Assembly (NCBI GenBank): GCA_009694375.1
Contig: SHVB01000001.1
Coordinates: forward strand, 70,366 to 134,365
DNA: 64,000 bases
DNA from: Acidimicrobiia bacterium
GTDB lineage: Bacteria > Actinomycetota > Acidimicrobiia > Acidimicrobiales > VFJN01
Direction: 5' to 3'
Part shown: positions 21,040 to 34,162 of the stretch, piece after piece
Position numbering within the stretch: position 1 is the stretch's first letter
Layout of the letters: each line of letters opens with the position of its first letter
The notes under the pieces: model-generated
Databases searched by the model: none
What the model was told of the DNA's origin: nothing
Seen by the model: the letters and a program-made list of their open reading frames with translations, nothing else
Translations under genes and position numbers: made by a program

Positions 21040-24000
21040 GCCAGCACCGAGCCCTGATCGGCCGCGGGGGCCTCACCGGTGGGCCACGCGGTCCGCATCC
21101 CCTGGCGACGCCGCAGCAGCGAGCGCACAACCCACAACCACGCCATCACCTCAAGGGCCAGTAAGCCATAACGCACCGGGGAGGTGACATAGCGCAGCGT
21201 GGCGGTACCAGCGGAGGGCGCGGCGAAGGAACTGGCCCAACCAAAGGGCTCGGTGCGCTTCGTCTCGACACCATCAACCTCGAAGACCCAGTGTGGCGAG
21301 GAGGCCGCCGATTGGAACACCGAGGCATCGTCTGGCACCGGGCCGGAGTGTTGCTGATAGCCGTCGTTGGTGGGAAGGGCCGGCGCCAGGCCCGACAGGT
21401 CCAGACCCAGGGCGGCATCGATCCCGCCGTTCACCGGGAGTGTGGTGCCGGGGGGCAGTATCGCCAACGGGGGCACGAAGGCCTCATTGCGGTAGACCGT
21501 GAGCCCGGCGGGAATATCGATCCGAACCAAGTCGAGTTGGGCCGCTAACGCAGCCGAGAACTCGGCGGGCACCGGTACCGCTTCGGTGCCAAAGGCAAAG
21601 GGGGCGAGCGCTTCGGGCACCACCAGATACTGCACCCCCATCGGACCCAACAGCCGGCCCAGGCGCGTCGTCTGCCCCTCCCGAGCCAAGTCGAGAGCAT
21701 CGGCAATCAACCCGGTGGGACCATCGTCAGAACCAACCCAAAGATCTTCCAACCCAGGCGCGCCGCCGCTGGTGGTGCCGTAACCCAGACCGTCGTCGAG
21801 GCGCCAACTACCCAACGGCAACACGGCGGGATCGCCCACCCACAGCACCCGGAACGGGGCCTGGTCGTTTTCGGTGTCGATGAACCGCAGCGCTTGCTGA
21901 TGGTCGCTGGACGGCATCAACCAGCGGCCGTTGAACGATGCGCCGAGCACGGGGATAACCCCCACGACCACCGCCATTGCCGCCCCCGCCGAGGCCACCT
22001 GGCGCCAACCGAACCGATAGCCAGGCAGATCCACCTCGAAGGCGGCCATACCCATGGCCACCGCTAACGCCAGGCCGATGGCGGCCGGCGCCAGCAACAC
22101 CTCCACCGGCGGCAAGGCGATCGGCGCGTTCCCCCGCTGCGCCGCCCACGCCGCCGCAAAGGACGCCACCGCCAGCGTCCACCCCCGCACCGCCCAGGCA
22201 TAACGGGGCCCCCGGCCGATGAGTAACGGCAACAGGGCCGCCCCGAGGAAACACCAACCGATCGGCGCGCTCCCTAACGGACCCACCTGAAAACGCAACA
22301 GAGCCGCCAGATCGGAGGGGACCGCCGCCCGTTCAGGGCCCACCAACGCCGACAGGGACGCACCGGGACGCACAAAACCCAGGCTCCAGGGAAGATGGAG
22401 GGCGATCGCCAGGCCAGCGCCGCCCATCGCCGACAACAAGATGCGGCGGTTTCGCTGTGCACCCATAGCCAGGAGGCTGCCGATCACCAGTGCCAGCGCC
22501 ATCGCCACCACGATCAGCGGGGCCACCGGCAGCAGCGCCGCGAGTATCGCGGTGACCAGACCGATCCCCAGGATGTGTCCGCCCAGGGATTGTGGACGCC
22601 ACCCGGGACCGGCGGCTCCACCGGCGGCACCGAAGGGCGAGAGTTCACTGGCCCGGGCCAACATCCCCAGCAACGTCGGGGCCGCCGCGTACAGGCCCAG
22701 CGCCCCCCAACGGCCGTTGGCCAGCGCGTTGTACGGCAAAGGAATCGTGACATAGACCACCAGGCAGGCGATCTGGGCGTAACGCGATCCGATCGGACCG
22801 GCAAGCCGATACGCGCCCAGCGCCCCCAAGGGGATGAGGCCAACGATCACGATGGTTCGAAGCAATCCCATCGCCCCGATGACGGTGAAACCAGCTCCCC
22901 CAAGCAACCCCAGGGCGGTGGGGGTGGGCGAGTCGGAGCCCAAACCGGCAGAGCGCCAACCACCCGCCCAGACCCGCAGCAGATCAACCGGCGACGACGA
23001 GAACCGCACCATCTCCCCAATGGCGGGAACCCCGCGGGTGATGAGATGCCGACTACCCGCCAGTAACACCAGTGCCACCACGACCCCAGCCCAAACCGAC
23101 GCCCGCAACGAACCGGACCGCCAGGCCCCCGCCACCTCGCGGCTGCCCCGAGCCAAGTCCGTGAAGCGATCGCCGCCTCTTCCGATCTGCCCCCGCAAGA
23201 ACTGGCTCACCCGCGCGCTTCCCCGCACCATCGAGCGACCAACCTGACGGTCGCTCACGTGACGGAACCCCTTCACCTGTTGGCGGGCGGCGTGCAACGC
23301 CCGCGGGCGGCGCAGGTTCCAGGTCCAGGCGAACACCACATCCCCGGCCCGCTTTCGCCGACCCGCCAACAGCGCGTAGGTGATCTCCAGGAAACCGATC
23401 AGAATGATTTGCGGGAGTGTCCGCAGGAGCGCCAGCGGGCCGTAGCACGTCAGCAGAATGTGGAGACGGTGACGGGCCTGCAATCGGCGCCGCTCATCCA
23501 GTCCCCGGGTTAAGGCGAGAACGTCGCCGTGGCGCGCCACTGCGACCGGGGCAATCACCACCCGAGCTCCGGCGATCTGCGCTCTCCAGCACAGGCTCAC
23601 GTCATCGAGGAAGTCGTCGATACCCTCGTCGAACCCACCGATCTCATCGAAGAGGTCGGCTCGCACCAACGTGCAGGCCCCGGGGATGGTGAACACGTCG
23701 CGCACGGCGTCGTGTTGGGATTGATCCAACTCACCACGCTCAACGAGCGGTACGCCAAAGCCGGCATGGTCCATTCCCTGACCTACCTGAAGGAGGCGGT
23801 GCGGGTCGTCCCAATCCACCAATTTCGGACCCACCACCGCAGCGTTCGAGCGAAAGGCTTCCTCCACTAGGAGGCGTATCGCACCCGATTCGGATGCCAC
23901 ATCGTCGTGGCAGCAGAAATAGAAGCCAGCTCCCTCCACCAGCCCCAGCGCCTCGTTGACCGACGCACCGAACCCGTGGTCGTGGGCGAGTCTGTACACG

Positions 24001-24233
24001 AGAGCATCGGGGGCCGCCTGGGTCACCCGCTCCTTCACCGCAACGGCACTGTTGGCGTCCACCACGAGCAACGACAGATTTGGGTAGTCCTGGGCGACGA
24101 GGGACGCCAGGACCTCCTCGAACCAAGCCCCCGGATCGCGCGCGACCACCACGGCAACCACCGCTGGAACAGGGGGTGTCGTGTCGGGGATCGCGTCAGC
24201 AACTGCGTCATTACTAGGGGGCGGAGTCTCCAC
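21036..24233 (-). CDS. family-2 glycosyltransferase fused to a large polytopic membrane domain and an extracytoplasmic C-terminal domain
   Basis: 1065 aa. The N-terminal GT2 has VVVVARDPG..LLVVDANS..CHDDV..CTLVRADLFDEIGGFDE. It is followed by at least 10 TM helices and then about 350 aa of soluble tail. Confidence 0.8.
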   Translation of the reverse strand: METPPPSNDAVADAIPDTTPPVPAVVAVVVARDPGAWFEEVLASLVAQDYPNLSLLVVDANSAVAVKERVTQAAPDALVYRLAHDHGFGASVNEALGLVEGAGFYFCCHDDVASESGAIRLLVEEAFRSNAAVVGPKLVDWDDPHRLLQVGQGMDHAGFGVPLVERGELDQSQHDAVRDVFTIPGACTLVRADLFDEIGGFDEGIDDFLDDVSLCWRAQIAGARVVIAPVAVARHGDVLALTRGLDERRRLQARHRLHILLTCYGPLALLRTLPQIILIGFLEITYALLAGRRKRAGDVVFAWTWNLRRPRALHAARQQVKGFRHVSDRQVGRSMVRGSARVSQFLRGQIGRGGDRFTDLARGSREVAGAWRSGSLRASVWAGVVVALVLLAGSRHLITRGVPAIGEMVRFSSSPVDLLRVWAGGWRSAGLGSDSPTPTALGLLGGAGFTVIGAMGLLRTIVIVGLIPLGALGAYRLAGPIGSRYAQIACLVVYVTIPLPYNALANGRWGALGLYAAAPTLLGMLARASELSPFGAAGGAAGPGWRPQSLGGHILGIGLVTAILAALLPVAPLIVVAMALALVIGSLLAMGAQRNRRILLSAMGGAGLAIALHLPWSLGFVRPGASLSALVGPERAAVPSDLAALLRFQVGPLGSAPIGWCFLGAALLPLLIGRGPRYAWAVRGWTLAVASFAAAWAAQRGNAPIALPPVEVLLAPAAIGLALAVAMGMAAFEVDLPGYRFGWRQVASAGAAMAVVVGVIPVLGASFNGRWLMPSSDHQQALRFIDTENDQAPFRVLWVGDPAVLPLGSWRLDDGLGYGTTSGGAPGLEDLWVGSDDGPTGLIADALDLAREGQTTRLGRLLGPMGVQYLVVPEALAPFAFGTEAVPVPAEFSAALAAQLDLVRIDIPAGLTVYRNEAFVPPLAILPPGTTLPVNGGIDAALGLDLSGLAPALPTNDGYQQHSGPVPDDASVFQSAASSPHWVFEVDGVETKRTEPFGWASSFAAPSAGTATLRYVTSPVRYGLLALEVMAWLWVVRSLLRRRQGMRTAWPTGEAPAADQGSVLA

Positions 24234-24297
24234 GGTTGTTCAATAATAGTCCGATCGGCTGTGCGCCCCGACCCATCCCCGACGACCTGCGGCAGGG

Positions 24298-24576
24298 TTG
24301 TCCCGATTCATGAGCCACCACTATCGTGAGGACATGGATCGCCCCCAGATCGACGATGTGGCATCTATTGTCCAGGACCTTGCCTACGTGTCGGTCGGCC
24401 TTGGTGTCCTTGCCTTTCAGCGCCTGCAGGTGCGAAGACACGAGTTCACCCAGAGTCTCGAAGGCCACTCAGACGAGGCCCGGGGGACGCTTGGTCTCGT
24501 CGGGACGCTCGTGAACGAGCAGTTGAAACTGGTAGAGGAGCGGCTAAGCGCCGCTCTCGACATCACGCGTCGCTAA
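24298..24576 (+). CDS. small hypothetical protein
   Basis: 92-aa ORF (possibly starting at the internal ATG, MDRPQIDD..) with G/C-rich third positions and one hydrophobic segment (VSVGLGVLAF). No family is recognised. Confidence 0.35.
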   Translation: MSRFMSHHYREDMDRPQIDDVASIVQDLAYVSVGLGVLAFQRLQVRRHEFTQSLEGHSDEARGTLGLVGTLVNEQLKLVEERLSAALDITRR

Positions 24577-24598
24577 GCCGCTCCCCTACGATTAGCCG

Positions 24599-25537
24599 GT
24601 GATCACACGGGTGCGAGTGGTGGTGCTGTGCTGGAACAACCAGGACGTCTTGCCGCGTTGTGTCGAACACCTCCTCGCCACGCAATGGCCGGAAGGGGAA
24701 CTCGAGATCGTGGTGGTCGACAACGGCTCCCACGACGGATCTGTCGACCACTGGACCGAGCGCTATCCCGACGTGCGCCTGATCCCCGCCGGCCGCAACC
24801 TCGGCTTCGCCGCCGGCGTAAACACCGGTCTCCGCGATCTTGGCGAGGTGGAGGCCATCGCGCTGGTGAACTCCGATGCCTTCGTGGACCCAGGGTGGCT
24901 GTCCCCGCTCGCCGCGGCTCTCAACGCCGATTCGGCCATCGGAGCCGCCTCCCCCAAGATCCTCTTCACCAGCCCCGACCCGAGCGGCCACGCCCGCATC
25001 AACAACGCTGGCAACGAAATCGGCGCCACCTGGGAACCCCGCGACCGTGGCTACGGTGAGACCGACCGTGGCCAATACGACCAAGCCGAAGACATCTGGG
25101 GGTGGTGTGGTGCCGCCGTGCTGCTCCGCCGCCGCTATTTCGACGAGATCGGCCCCTTCGACGAAGGGCTCTTTATGTACTGCGAGGACGTGGACCTTTC
25201 CTGGCGGGGCCGACGTGCCGGTTGGCGGTACCGCTACGTTCCGACCTCAGTGGTGCATCACCAACACCGGGGTAGTTCCGGCGGCGAACGCACGCCCCTT
25301 CTCGACCACCTCAACCGTCGCAATCGCCTCGTGGTGGTGAGCCGACATGGTGGTGCCCGGGGACGCGCGGTGGCCTGGAGCCGAGCGTTGGGCGGAATCG
25401 GCGCGGGCCTCGGGAAGGACATCCTGCGTCCGCTCCTCCGCCGGCATCAGCCCGAGGTAGCCGGGGTCCGACGGCGAGTGCGGGCCATGATTGACGCTGC
25501 TCGAATCCTGGGTGGCGGCCACCCCCCGTTGCCGTAA
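24599..25537 (+). CDS. family-2 glycosyltransferase (WbbL-like rhamnosyltransferase type)
   Basis: VVVLCWNNQD..EIVVVDNGSHDGS..NLGFAAG..NSDAFV..GAAVLLRRRYFDEIGPFDEGLFMYCEDVDLSWR. The fold and motif layout match rhamnosyltransferase-type GT2 enzymes. Confidence 0.8.
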   Translation: MITRVRVVVLCWNNQDVLPRCVEHLLATQWPEGELEIVVVDNGSHDGSVDHWTERYPDVRLIPAGRNLGFAAGVNTGLRDLGEVEAIALVNSDAFVDPGWLSPLAAALNADSAIGAASPKILFTSPDPSGHARINNAGNEIGATWEPRDRGYGETDRGQYDQAEDIWGWCGAAVLLRRRYFDEIGPFDEGLFMYCEDVDLSWRGRRAGWRYRYVPTSVVHHQHRGSSGGERTPLLDHLNRRNRLVVVSRHGGARGRAVAWSRALGGIGAGLGKDILRPLLRRHQPEVAGVRRRVRAMIDAARILGGGHPPLP

Positions 25538-25546
25538 GGTCCAGAC

Positions 25547-28387
<2,841 letters not shown>

Positions 28388-28391
<4 letters not shown>

Positions 28392-29086
28392 GTCTCGAAG
28401 TGTTTCCAATCCAAGGCATTCCCGAGGTGCGCGGCGGCGATGACCTGGCGGGCCTCATTGCGGCGGCCGAGCCCGACCTGCGTGATGGCGATGTGGTGGT
28501 GGTAACCCAAAAGGTGGTGTCGAAGGCCGAAGGCGCCATGGCGCTGATCGATGCCGATGATCCTCGCGGCCACAAGGCGCTGGTGGAGAAAGAGTCGGTG
28601 CGGATCGTTCGTCGGCGGGGCGAACTCCTCATCAGTGAAACCAAGCACGGCTTCGTCTGCGCCAATGCGGGGGTTGATCTGTCCAACGTCGACGAGGGCT
28701 GGGCCGCCCTGCTTCCCGCCGACAGCGATCGCTCGGCTCGACGCATCCGCGATGGGCTACGCGCCGCCCTGGCGGTGGAGGTGGGGGTCATCGTGTCCGA
28801 CACCTTCGGCCGCCCGTGGCGCCGGGGCCTCACCGACGTGGCTATTGGTTGCGCCGGGATTCAGGCGGTGGTGGACCTGCGGGGTACCGAAGACTCCCGT
28901 GGCCGCATTTTGCAGGTCACAGAGGTATGCGTGGTGGATGAACTCGCCGGGGCCGCCGATCTCGTGATGGGGAAGGCCACCGGCGTGGCCGCCGCCGTCA
29001 TTCGGGGTGTCGATCCGGGATGGCTGGGGCAGGGCAACGTGCACGACGAAATCGTGCGATCACCGCAGGAGGACCTGTTCCGCTGA
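28388..29086 (+). CDS. cofE: coenzyme F420-0:L-glutamate ligase CofE (stand-alone, 232 aa)
   Basis: MSLEVFPIQGIPEVRGGDDLAGLI..VVVTQKVVSKAEG..CANAGVDLSN..DTFGRPWRRG. It overlaps the cofD stop in an ATGA arrangement. Confidence 0.9.
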
Positions 29087-29108
29087 GCCGGCGGCCGGTG
29101 CTGATTCC

Positions 29109-30053
29109 CTACTGCGCGCCGAACCAGCGCAGCACCTCGGCGGTCCCCGTGGCCAGATCCGTCCACGGTTCCCATCCGAGGTGAATAGCGGCTCGGCCTG
29201 GATCGAGCGCACTGCGGGCCAGTTCGCCTGGGCGGGCGGGCGCCATCACCGCCGCCTCACTCACCCCCGCCGCCGCCGCCAACGCCGCGTACAGTTCGTT
29301 CACCGACGTCTCCACGCCCGTACCAATGTTGCAGAGCAGACCGCTGCCCTTCTCGGCCGCCCTGACAAAGGCGTCGACGGCGTCGTCCACATAAACGAAA
29401 TCGCGCGTCTGCGTGCCATCACCAAAGATCGTGCAGGGTCGGCCCTCGATCAGCAGGCCCGCAAAAATGGCCACCACTCCGGCCTCGCCATGCGGGTCCT
29501 GGCGCGGACCGTAGATGTTGGACATGGCCAACGAGGTGAACTCGATCCCGTGGATCGCCCGGTAGACGTTGAGATAATCAGTGACCACGCGCTTGGCTAC
29601 GCCGTAGGGCGACAACGGCTGCTGCGGATGCGACTCCTTCACCGGTAGGTCCTCCGGCGCCGGTTCCCCGTAGATCGTCCCGCCGCTGGAGGCGAACACC
29701 ACCTTACGAGTACCGGCGATACGGGCGCCTTCCAGCACATTGATGCTGCCGAGCACGTTCACTTCGGCGTCAAAGGCCGGTCGGGCCACCGACACCCGCA
29801 CGTCGGCCTGGGCGGCGAGGTGAAAGATCACCTCGGGTGCTCGACGTCCAATGAGTTCCACCACCGCGGCTTCACGGATGTCGACCTGATGGACCTTGAG
29901 GTCATGGGAACGGTCGGCTCGGGCCTCGGCCAGATTGGCCAGGGAGCCGCTGGAGAGGTCGTCGACCACTTCGACGCTATGCCCCTCGGCCAGCAGTCGA
30001 TCCACCAAGGTCGATCCGATGAAGCCCGCTCCACCCGTCACTAGTGCCCGCAT
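29109..30053 (-). CDS. NAD-dependent epimerase (UDP-glucose 4-epimerase-like)
   Basis: 314 aa with VTGGAGFIGSTLVDRL, SSGGTIYG and the SPYGVAKR (YxxxK) motif. Confidence 0.8.
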   Translation of the reverse strand: MRALVTGGAGFIGSTLVDRLLAEGHSVEVVDDLSSGSLANLAEARADRSHDLKVHQVDIREAAVVELIGRRAPEVIFHLAAQADVRVSVARPAFDAEVNVLGSINVLEGARIAGTRKVVFASSGGTIYGEPAPEDLPVKESHPQQPLSPYGVAKRVVTDYLNVYRAIHGIEFTSLAMSNIYGPRQDPHGEAGVVAIFAGLLIEGRPCTIFGDGTQTRDFVYVDDAVDAFVRAAEKGSGLLCNIGTGVETSVNELYAALAAAAGVSEAAVMAPARPGELARSALDPGRAAIHLGWEPWTDLATGTAEVLRWFGAQ

Positions 30054-30061
30054 TCGCTCTC

Positions 30062-31057
30062 CTAGGTCTCGTCGGGAATCCGCACGCCCCGGAGCACGGC
30101 CCCCGGCGGCACGATGGCCTCATCACCCACGACGGTGCCCGCTTCGAGCACCGCCCCCGAGCCAATCGACGCCCGGGTTCCAATGATGGTATCCCGCACC
30201 TGGGCTCCCGAATCGATGTGGGCGCCTGGGAACACCACCGAGTTCTCCACCGTGGCGCCCAGGCCCACATGGGCACCGGATCCCACCACCGAAGTGACAA
30301 CCTCACCGTCGATGTGGGCCTCAGGGTGAATACCCGACTCCCGGGAACGCCGACCGTTGAGAAGATCGAGATTGGCGGCCAAATAGGTGGTGGGGGTGCC
30401 CGCATCGATCCAGTAGGCATCGCCATCGAGGGCGAAAAGCGTGCGATCAGCCACCATGGCGGGAAAGGTGACCCGCTCCACGTTCACCGGCCCGCCGGGG
30501 GCGATGCGATCGAGCACCGACGGCTCCAGCACATAGGTGCCGGCGTTGATCCGATTGGTAGGGGCTTGATGACGGGGCGGTTTCTCGATGAAGGCGGTCA
30601 CCCGACCATCGGCCTCGGTAGGTACCACCCCAAAAGCGGAGGGATCCTCCACTGCGTGCAGCGCGATGGTGCCCTCGGCTCCTGATACCTCATGGAACGC
30701 CACCAGGGCACCGATGTCCAGATCGGTCAGCACGTCGCCGTTGACCACCAGGAAGCGCTCCGTTACACCGCCATCAATCGCCGCGAACCGAATGGCTCCC
30801 GCCGTGTCGAGCGGCTCAGATTCGATGGCGTAGTGCAACGCCACTCCGGCGCAGCATCCATCGGGGTAGGCATCCTGGAACGCATCAGGCCGGTACCCCA
30901 GCGACAGCACGGCGCGCTCCACGCCGTGGTCGCACAGGTGCTCAAGGACCCGCTCGATCATGGGCCGGTGGCCCACCGGCAGCATCTGCTTGGGGGTCGT
31001 GTTCGTGAGAGGGCGTAGCCGAGTACCGAAGCCCCCGACGAGGAGAACTGCCTGCAC
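30062..31057 (-). CDS. manC: mannose-1-phosphate guanylyltransferase-type NDP-sugar pyrophosphorylase with C-terminal left-handed beta-helix
   Basis: VLLVGGFGTRLRPLTNTTPKQMLPV.. followed by hexapeptide repeats. It has a GTG start sharing 1 nt with the upstream stop. Confidence 0.85.
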   Translation of the reverse strand: MQAVLLVGGFGTRLRPLTNTTPKQMLPVGHRPMIERVLEHLCDHGVERAVLSLGYRPDAFQDAYPDGCCAGVALHYAIESEPLDTAGAIRFAAIDGGVTERFLVVNGDVLTDLDIGALVAFHEVSGAEGTIALHAVEDPSAFGVVPTEADGRVTAFIEKPPRHQAPTNRINAGTYVLEPSVLDRIAPGGPVNVERVTFPAMVADRTLFALDGDAYWIDAGTPTTYLAANLDLLNGRRSRESGIHPEAHIDGEVVTSVVGSGAHVGLGATVENSVVFPGAHIDSGAQVRDTIIGTRASIGSGAVLEAGTVVGDEAIVPPGAVLRGVRIPDET

Positions 31058-31827
31058 TAGCCCGCCGTAGTGCCGGGAGAACCTTCGCCCACCGTGGCGG
31101 TGGGCGCATTGGCGGCCACCGTGGTGGTGGTTCCGCCCGCCTTGGGCGGCACCTGTGCACCATCGGCTGCCCCGAGAGCCTCAAGGTCCGCCGCCGTGGG
31201 GGGCTTGGGAATGTCGGCCTTCGGGTCGCCGTAGAAGATCGTGATGCCGCCACCGTCGTTGGACAAGCGGCGGCCACCGAAATCGCCGGTGGTTATCACC
31301 GGCTGGGAGGCCTCGTCGGCCACATTCTCCCAGTAGGCCATGCGCAACTCCGGTTTGGTCACCCCTTCGCAGACGGTCTTTCCCTCAACCACGGTTTCCC
31401 CGCCGTAGACCAGTTCGGTGTCGCTGATGGACACGTTCTGCGGCGGGTTTCCGGTGCGGGCATCTTTCAGGAATCGCTCAAGGGTGGCGTTCGCGCCCAC
31501 GCCTAGTGGCGAGAAGGGATGGATATGCATGACGCCATCACCGTGGGTGTGGACACCGATTGTGCTTTCGAACTCGGGGATCGGTTCCCGGAAGGTGCCA
31601 CACACGTTGACGCCGTACGCGGTGTGAATATGCTCGCCCAATTGCGGCGTGCCACCCATGTCCTGGCTGTTGCGCAGATCACGGGAATACGTCACCAGCG
31701 ACACGCCCAGTACGACGACGAGAATCAACACGCTGGGGAACAACAGGCTCCGAGGCTGCCGCGACGAACTGCTACCACCTGCTCGGGCTGCCCGGGAGAC
31801 CTTTTTTGCTGACGATGCCTTGCCCAT
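31057..31827 (-). CDS. membrane-anchored extracytoplasmic protein with HxH motifs (unknown function)
   Basis: 256 aa with a Lys/Arg-rich N-terminus and TM (LLFPSVLILVVVLGVSLV). It carries GEHIHTAYGVNVCG, GVHTHGDGVMHIHPF and a Thr-rich C-terminus. Its stop overlaps the manC start. Confidence 0.55.
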   Translation of the reverse strand: MGKASSAKKVSRAARAGGSSSSRQPRSLLFPSVLILVVVLGVSLVTYSRDLRNSQDMGGTPQLGEHIHTAYGVNVCGTFREPIPEFESTIGVHTHGDGVMHIHPFSPLGVGANATLERFLKDARTGNPPQNVSISDTELVYGGETVVEGKTVCEGVTKPELRMAYWENVADEASQPVITTGDFGGRRLSNDGGGITIFYGDPKADIPKPPTAADLEALGAADGAQVPPKAGGTTTTVAANAPTATVGEGSPGTTAG

Positions 31828-31881
31828 AGGATTTCAGACTCTACAAGGCCATGGCCGCCGTACCCATTCAGGGCCGGGGCA

Positions 31882-33006
31882 TCAGGTCATCCGGGCGGCG
31901 CGGCGATACACCCCGGCCATCCCCTCCGCATTGGCCTCGGCCCCATAACGATCGGCCCGATGACGCCCCGCCTCGGCGAGTTCCTCCCGTTGGTCGGGGT
32001 GGGCCAGCAACGCGCTGATGGCCCGGGCCCACGCGGCGGGGTCGTCGGGGTCCACCAGCACACCGGCGTCGCCTACTACCTCGGCCAAAGCGGTGACGTT
32101 GGCCGCCACCAGCGCCACCCCATGCGCCATCGCCTCCACCGCCGGAAGCCCGAACCCCTCGTAGCGCGATGGCACCGCCACTACCGTCGCCAGGCCGTAC
32201 AAACCGGCCAGATCGGCCGAGGAAATACGACCCACCCGGCGCACCGATCCGCTCAACCCGAGCGCTTCGGTCCGAACCCGTACCGCCGCCTCCTCGCTGC
32301 CCTGACCACCGGGCAGCACGAGGATCGCATCGGGGTGATGGACCACTACCACCGCAAACGCCTCCAGTAGGGTGCGGTGGTTTTTATGGGGGTAGGTGAT
32401 GGCGGGGTAGAGCACCATCGGCCCGGTGATCGAATAGCGATTGATCACATCGGCGGGCGCGCTCACCACCGGGGGCACCCCCACCCCGTGCGGCACGGCC
32501 ACCACACCGGCGGGATCAGTGTCGAAACGCGAAATAAGCGAGCGCCTGACGAACTCACTGGGGGTAATCACCAGCCGAGCCGCCCGCACCGAAGCCGGGA
32601 TCGACATCCGCAAGTAGGCCCGCTTACCAGCGCCATGGGTGGCGCGGCGCTCGAGGGGTTGGAGATCGTGCAGGGTCACTACGCACGGGCAGCGGCGCCG
32701 CAAGGGCACGGTGCCGCCGGCGTGGTGGATGACGTCTAGACCCCCACTGCGGCCAGCCAGCCAGGTGGATTCGGCCAGGATCCGTCGAGCGCGCGACCGC
32801 CCCGACCCCCGCCACACCCGCGTGGGGAAGGCCGCCACCACCTCTGGATAGGCGGCCGCAAAGGACGCCGAGACAAACAGAACCACGTCGAGATCGGGCG
32901 CCGCGAGGGCGGCGAGGCCCAGCAGGCTCGCCACGGTGGACTCCTCGCTGCCTCCCACCTCCCCGGGCACGAGCCACAACAGGTTGATCCCCACCTTGAT
33001 GGTCAT
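31882..33006 (-). CDS. family-4 (GT-B) glycosyltransferase
   Basis: 374 aa with a C-terminal E-x7-E type region (PSRYEGFGLPAVEAMAHGVALV). Confidence 0.85.
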   Translation of the reverse strand: MTIKVGINLLWLVPGEVGGSEESTVASLLGLAALAAPDLDVVLFVSASFAAAYPEVVAAFPTRVWRGSGRSRARRILAESTWLAGRSGGLDVIHHAGGTVPLRRRCPCVVTLHDLQPLERRATHGAGKRAYLRMSIPASVRAARLVITPSEFVRRSLISRFDTDPAGVVAVPHGVGVPPVVSAPADVINRYSITGPMVLYPAITYPHKNHRTLLEAFAVVVVHHPDAILVLPGGQGSEEAAVRVRTEALGLSGSVRRVGRISSADLAGLYGLATVVAVPSRYEGFGLPAVEAMAHGVALVAANVTALAEVVGDAGVLVDPDDPAAWARAISALLAHPDQREELAEAGRHRADRYGAEANAEGMAGVYRRAARMT

Positions 33007-34082
33007 GCGGTAGCAGCCGCCGCCGCGTACGCCGAGACCAGGGCATCAGCGGTGCGCTCCCAGGTGAAAGTGGCGGCTCGGGCCACCGCCGCTTCCCGCA
33101 AGCGGCCGCAGAGCGCCGGATCATCAAGGGCCTGACGAAGGGCCCCCGCGATGGCATCAGCATCCAGCGGGTCCACTAACAACGCCGCCGGTCCTGCCAC
33201 CTCTGCGGTAGCGGTGGTTGCCGAGGTAACCACCACTGCCCCTTGCGCCATGGCTTCGAGCACCGGCAGGCCAAAACCCTCGCGCAGGGAGGGATAGGCC
33301 ACCACCGCCGCCGCCGCGTAGAGAGCGTTCAGATCGGCCCGGGGCACGAAGCCCAGGCGGCGAACTCCCGCCGAGGGAAGATCCTCGCCCCATCCGTCCG
33401 GGCCCACCACCACTAGAGGCACTTGGCGGTCACCGAGTCGGCGGTGGGCCTCGGCCAGACGCGCGAGGTTCTTGCGCGGCTCCACCGTACCGGCGAACAA
33501 TACGAAGGGATCCCCTAACCCGTAGGCGGCCCGCACCCGGGCCACCTCGGTGTCTCCCACGGCGGCCACCGCAGTGGCCCAGGGGGTAATCCGGATCCGG
33601 GAATCGTCGATACCCGCCGCCCGACAGTCGTGGCGCGTGGCCTCCGATGGGCACACCACGATGGCCGCTTCGTCCCGCACGATGGCCAGAAAGCGGGTAA
33701 AGAGGCGAATGCCCCGGGCGGTGAAGTGTGTGGGTTCGTGCAGGAAGTGCAGGTCGTGCACCGTGGCCACCATCGGGGCAACCGATGCCGAGGCCACATG
33801 GGCTGTGGCGTGTACAACGTCGACCGCACCGGTGGCCCGCTCCACCAACGGAAGCCGCCAACGCTGCCACGTGTCGTAGAGGGCCAGGCGGGGCAGGGGA
33901 AGGGCTCGCACGCCGATCGGGGCCCGCCAAGCCAACGGGGGCGGCTGCCGATGCCAGGCGCTCACGCCCACCTGCTCCACCCCGCCACGCTGAGCTACGG
34001 CGGCGATGGCATCCAAGGTGGCGCGGGCACTTCCGCCGGGCACTCGGTGCCAACACTGCTCGAGGGTGACGGCAACTCGCAT
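33003..34082 (-). CDS. family-4 (GT-B) glycosyltransferase
   Basis: 359 aa with PSLREGFGLPVLEAMAQGAVVV. It overlaps the next GT4 by 4 bp. Confidence 0.85.
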   Translation of the reverse strand: MRVAVTLEQCWHRVPGGSARATLDAIAAVAQRGGVEQVGVSAWHRQPPPLAWRAPIGVRALPLPRLALYDTWQRWRLPLVERATGAVDVVHATAHVASASVAPMVATVHDLHFLHEPTHFTARGIRLFTRFLAIVRDEAAIVVCPSEATRHDCRAAGIDDSRIRITPWATAVAAVGDTEVARVRAAYGLGDPFVLFAGTVEPRKNLARLAEAHRRLGDRQVPLVVVGPDGWGEDLPSAGVRRLGFVPRADLNALYAAAAVVAYPSLREGFGLPVLEAMAQGAVVVTSATTATAEVAGPAALLVDPLDADAIAGALRQALDDPALCGRLREAAVARAATFTWERTADALVSAYAAAAATA

Positions 34083-34162
34083 AGGTACTGCGGGAGTCTC
34101 CCATGACAGCCGGTAGTGTCCGAAGCCATGCGCCCGCTCAGCCCTGCCATGGGGCCCCCGCG

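Noticed and set aside
24298-24576. Small ORF sitting roughly where whiB2 lies in the mycobacterial gene order, considered as a possible WhiB-like regulator
   Set aside because: The 92-aa product contains no cysteine, so it cannot bind the WhiB 4Fe-4S cluster. I kept it only as a low-confidence hypothetical CDS.
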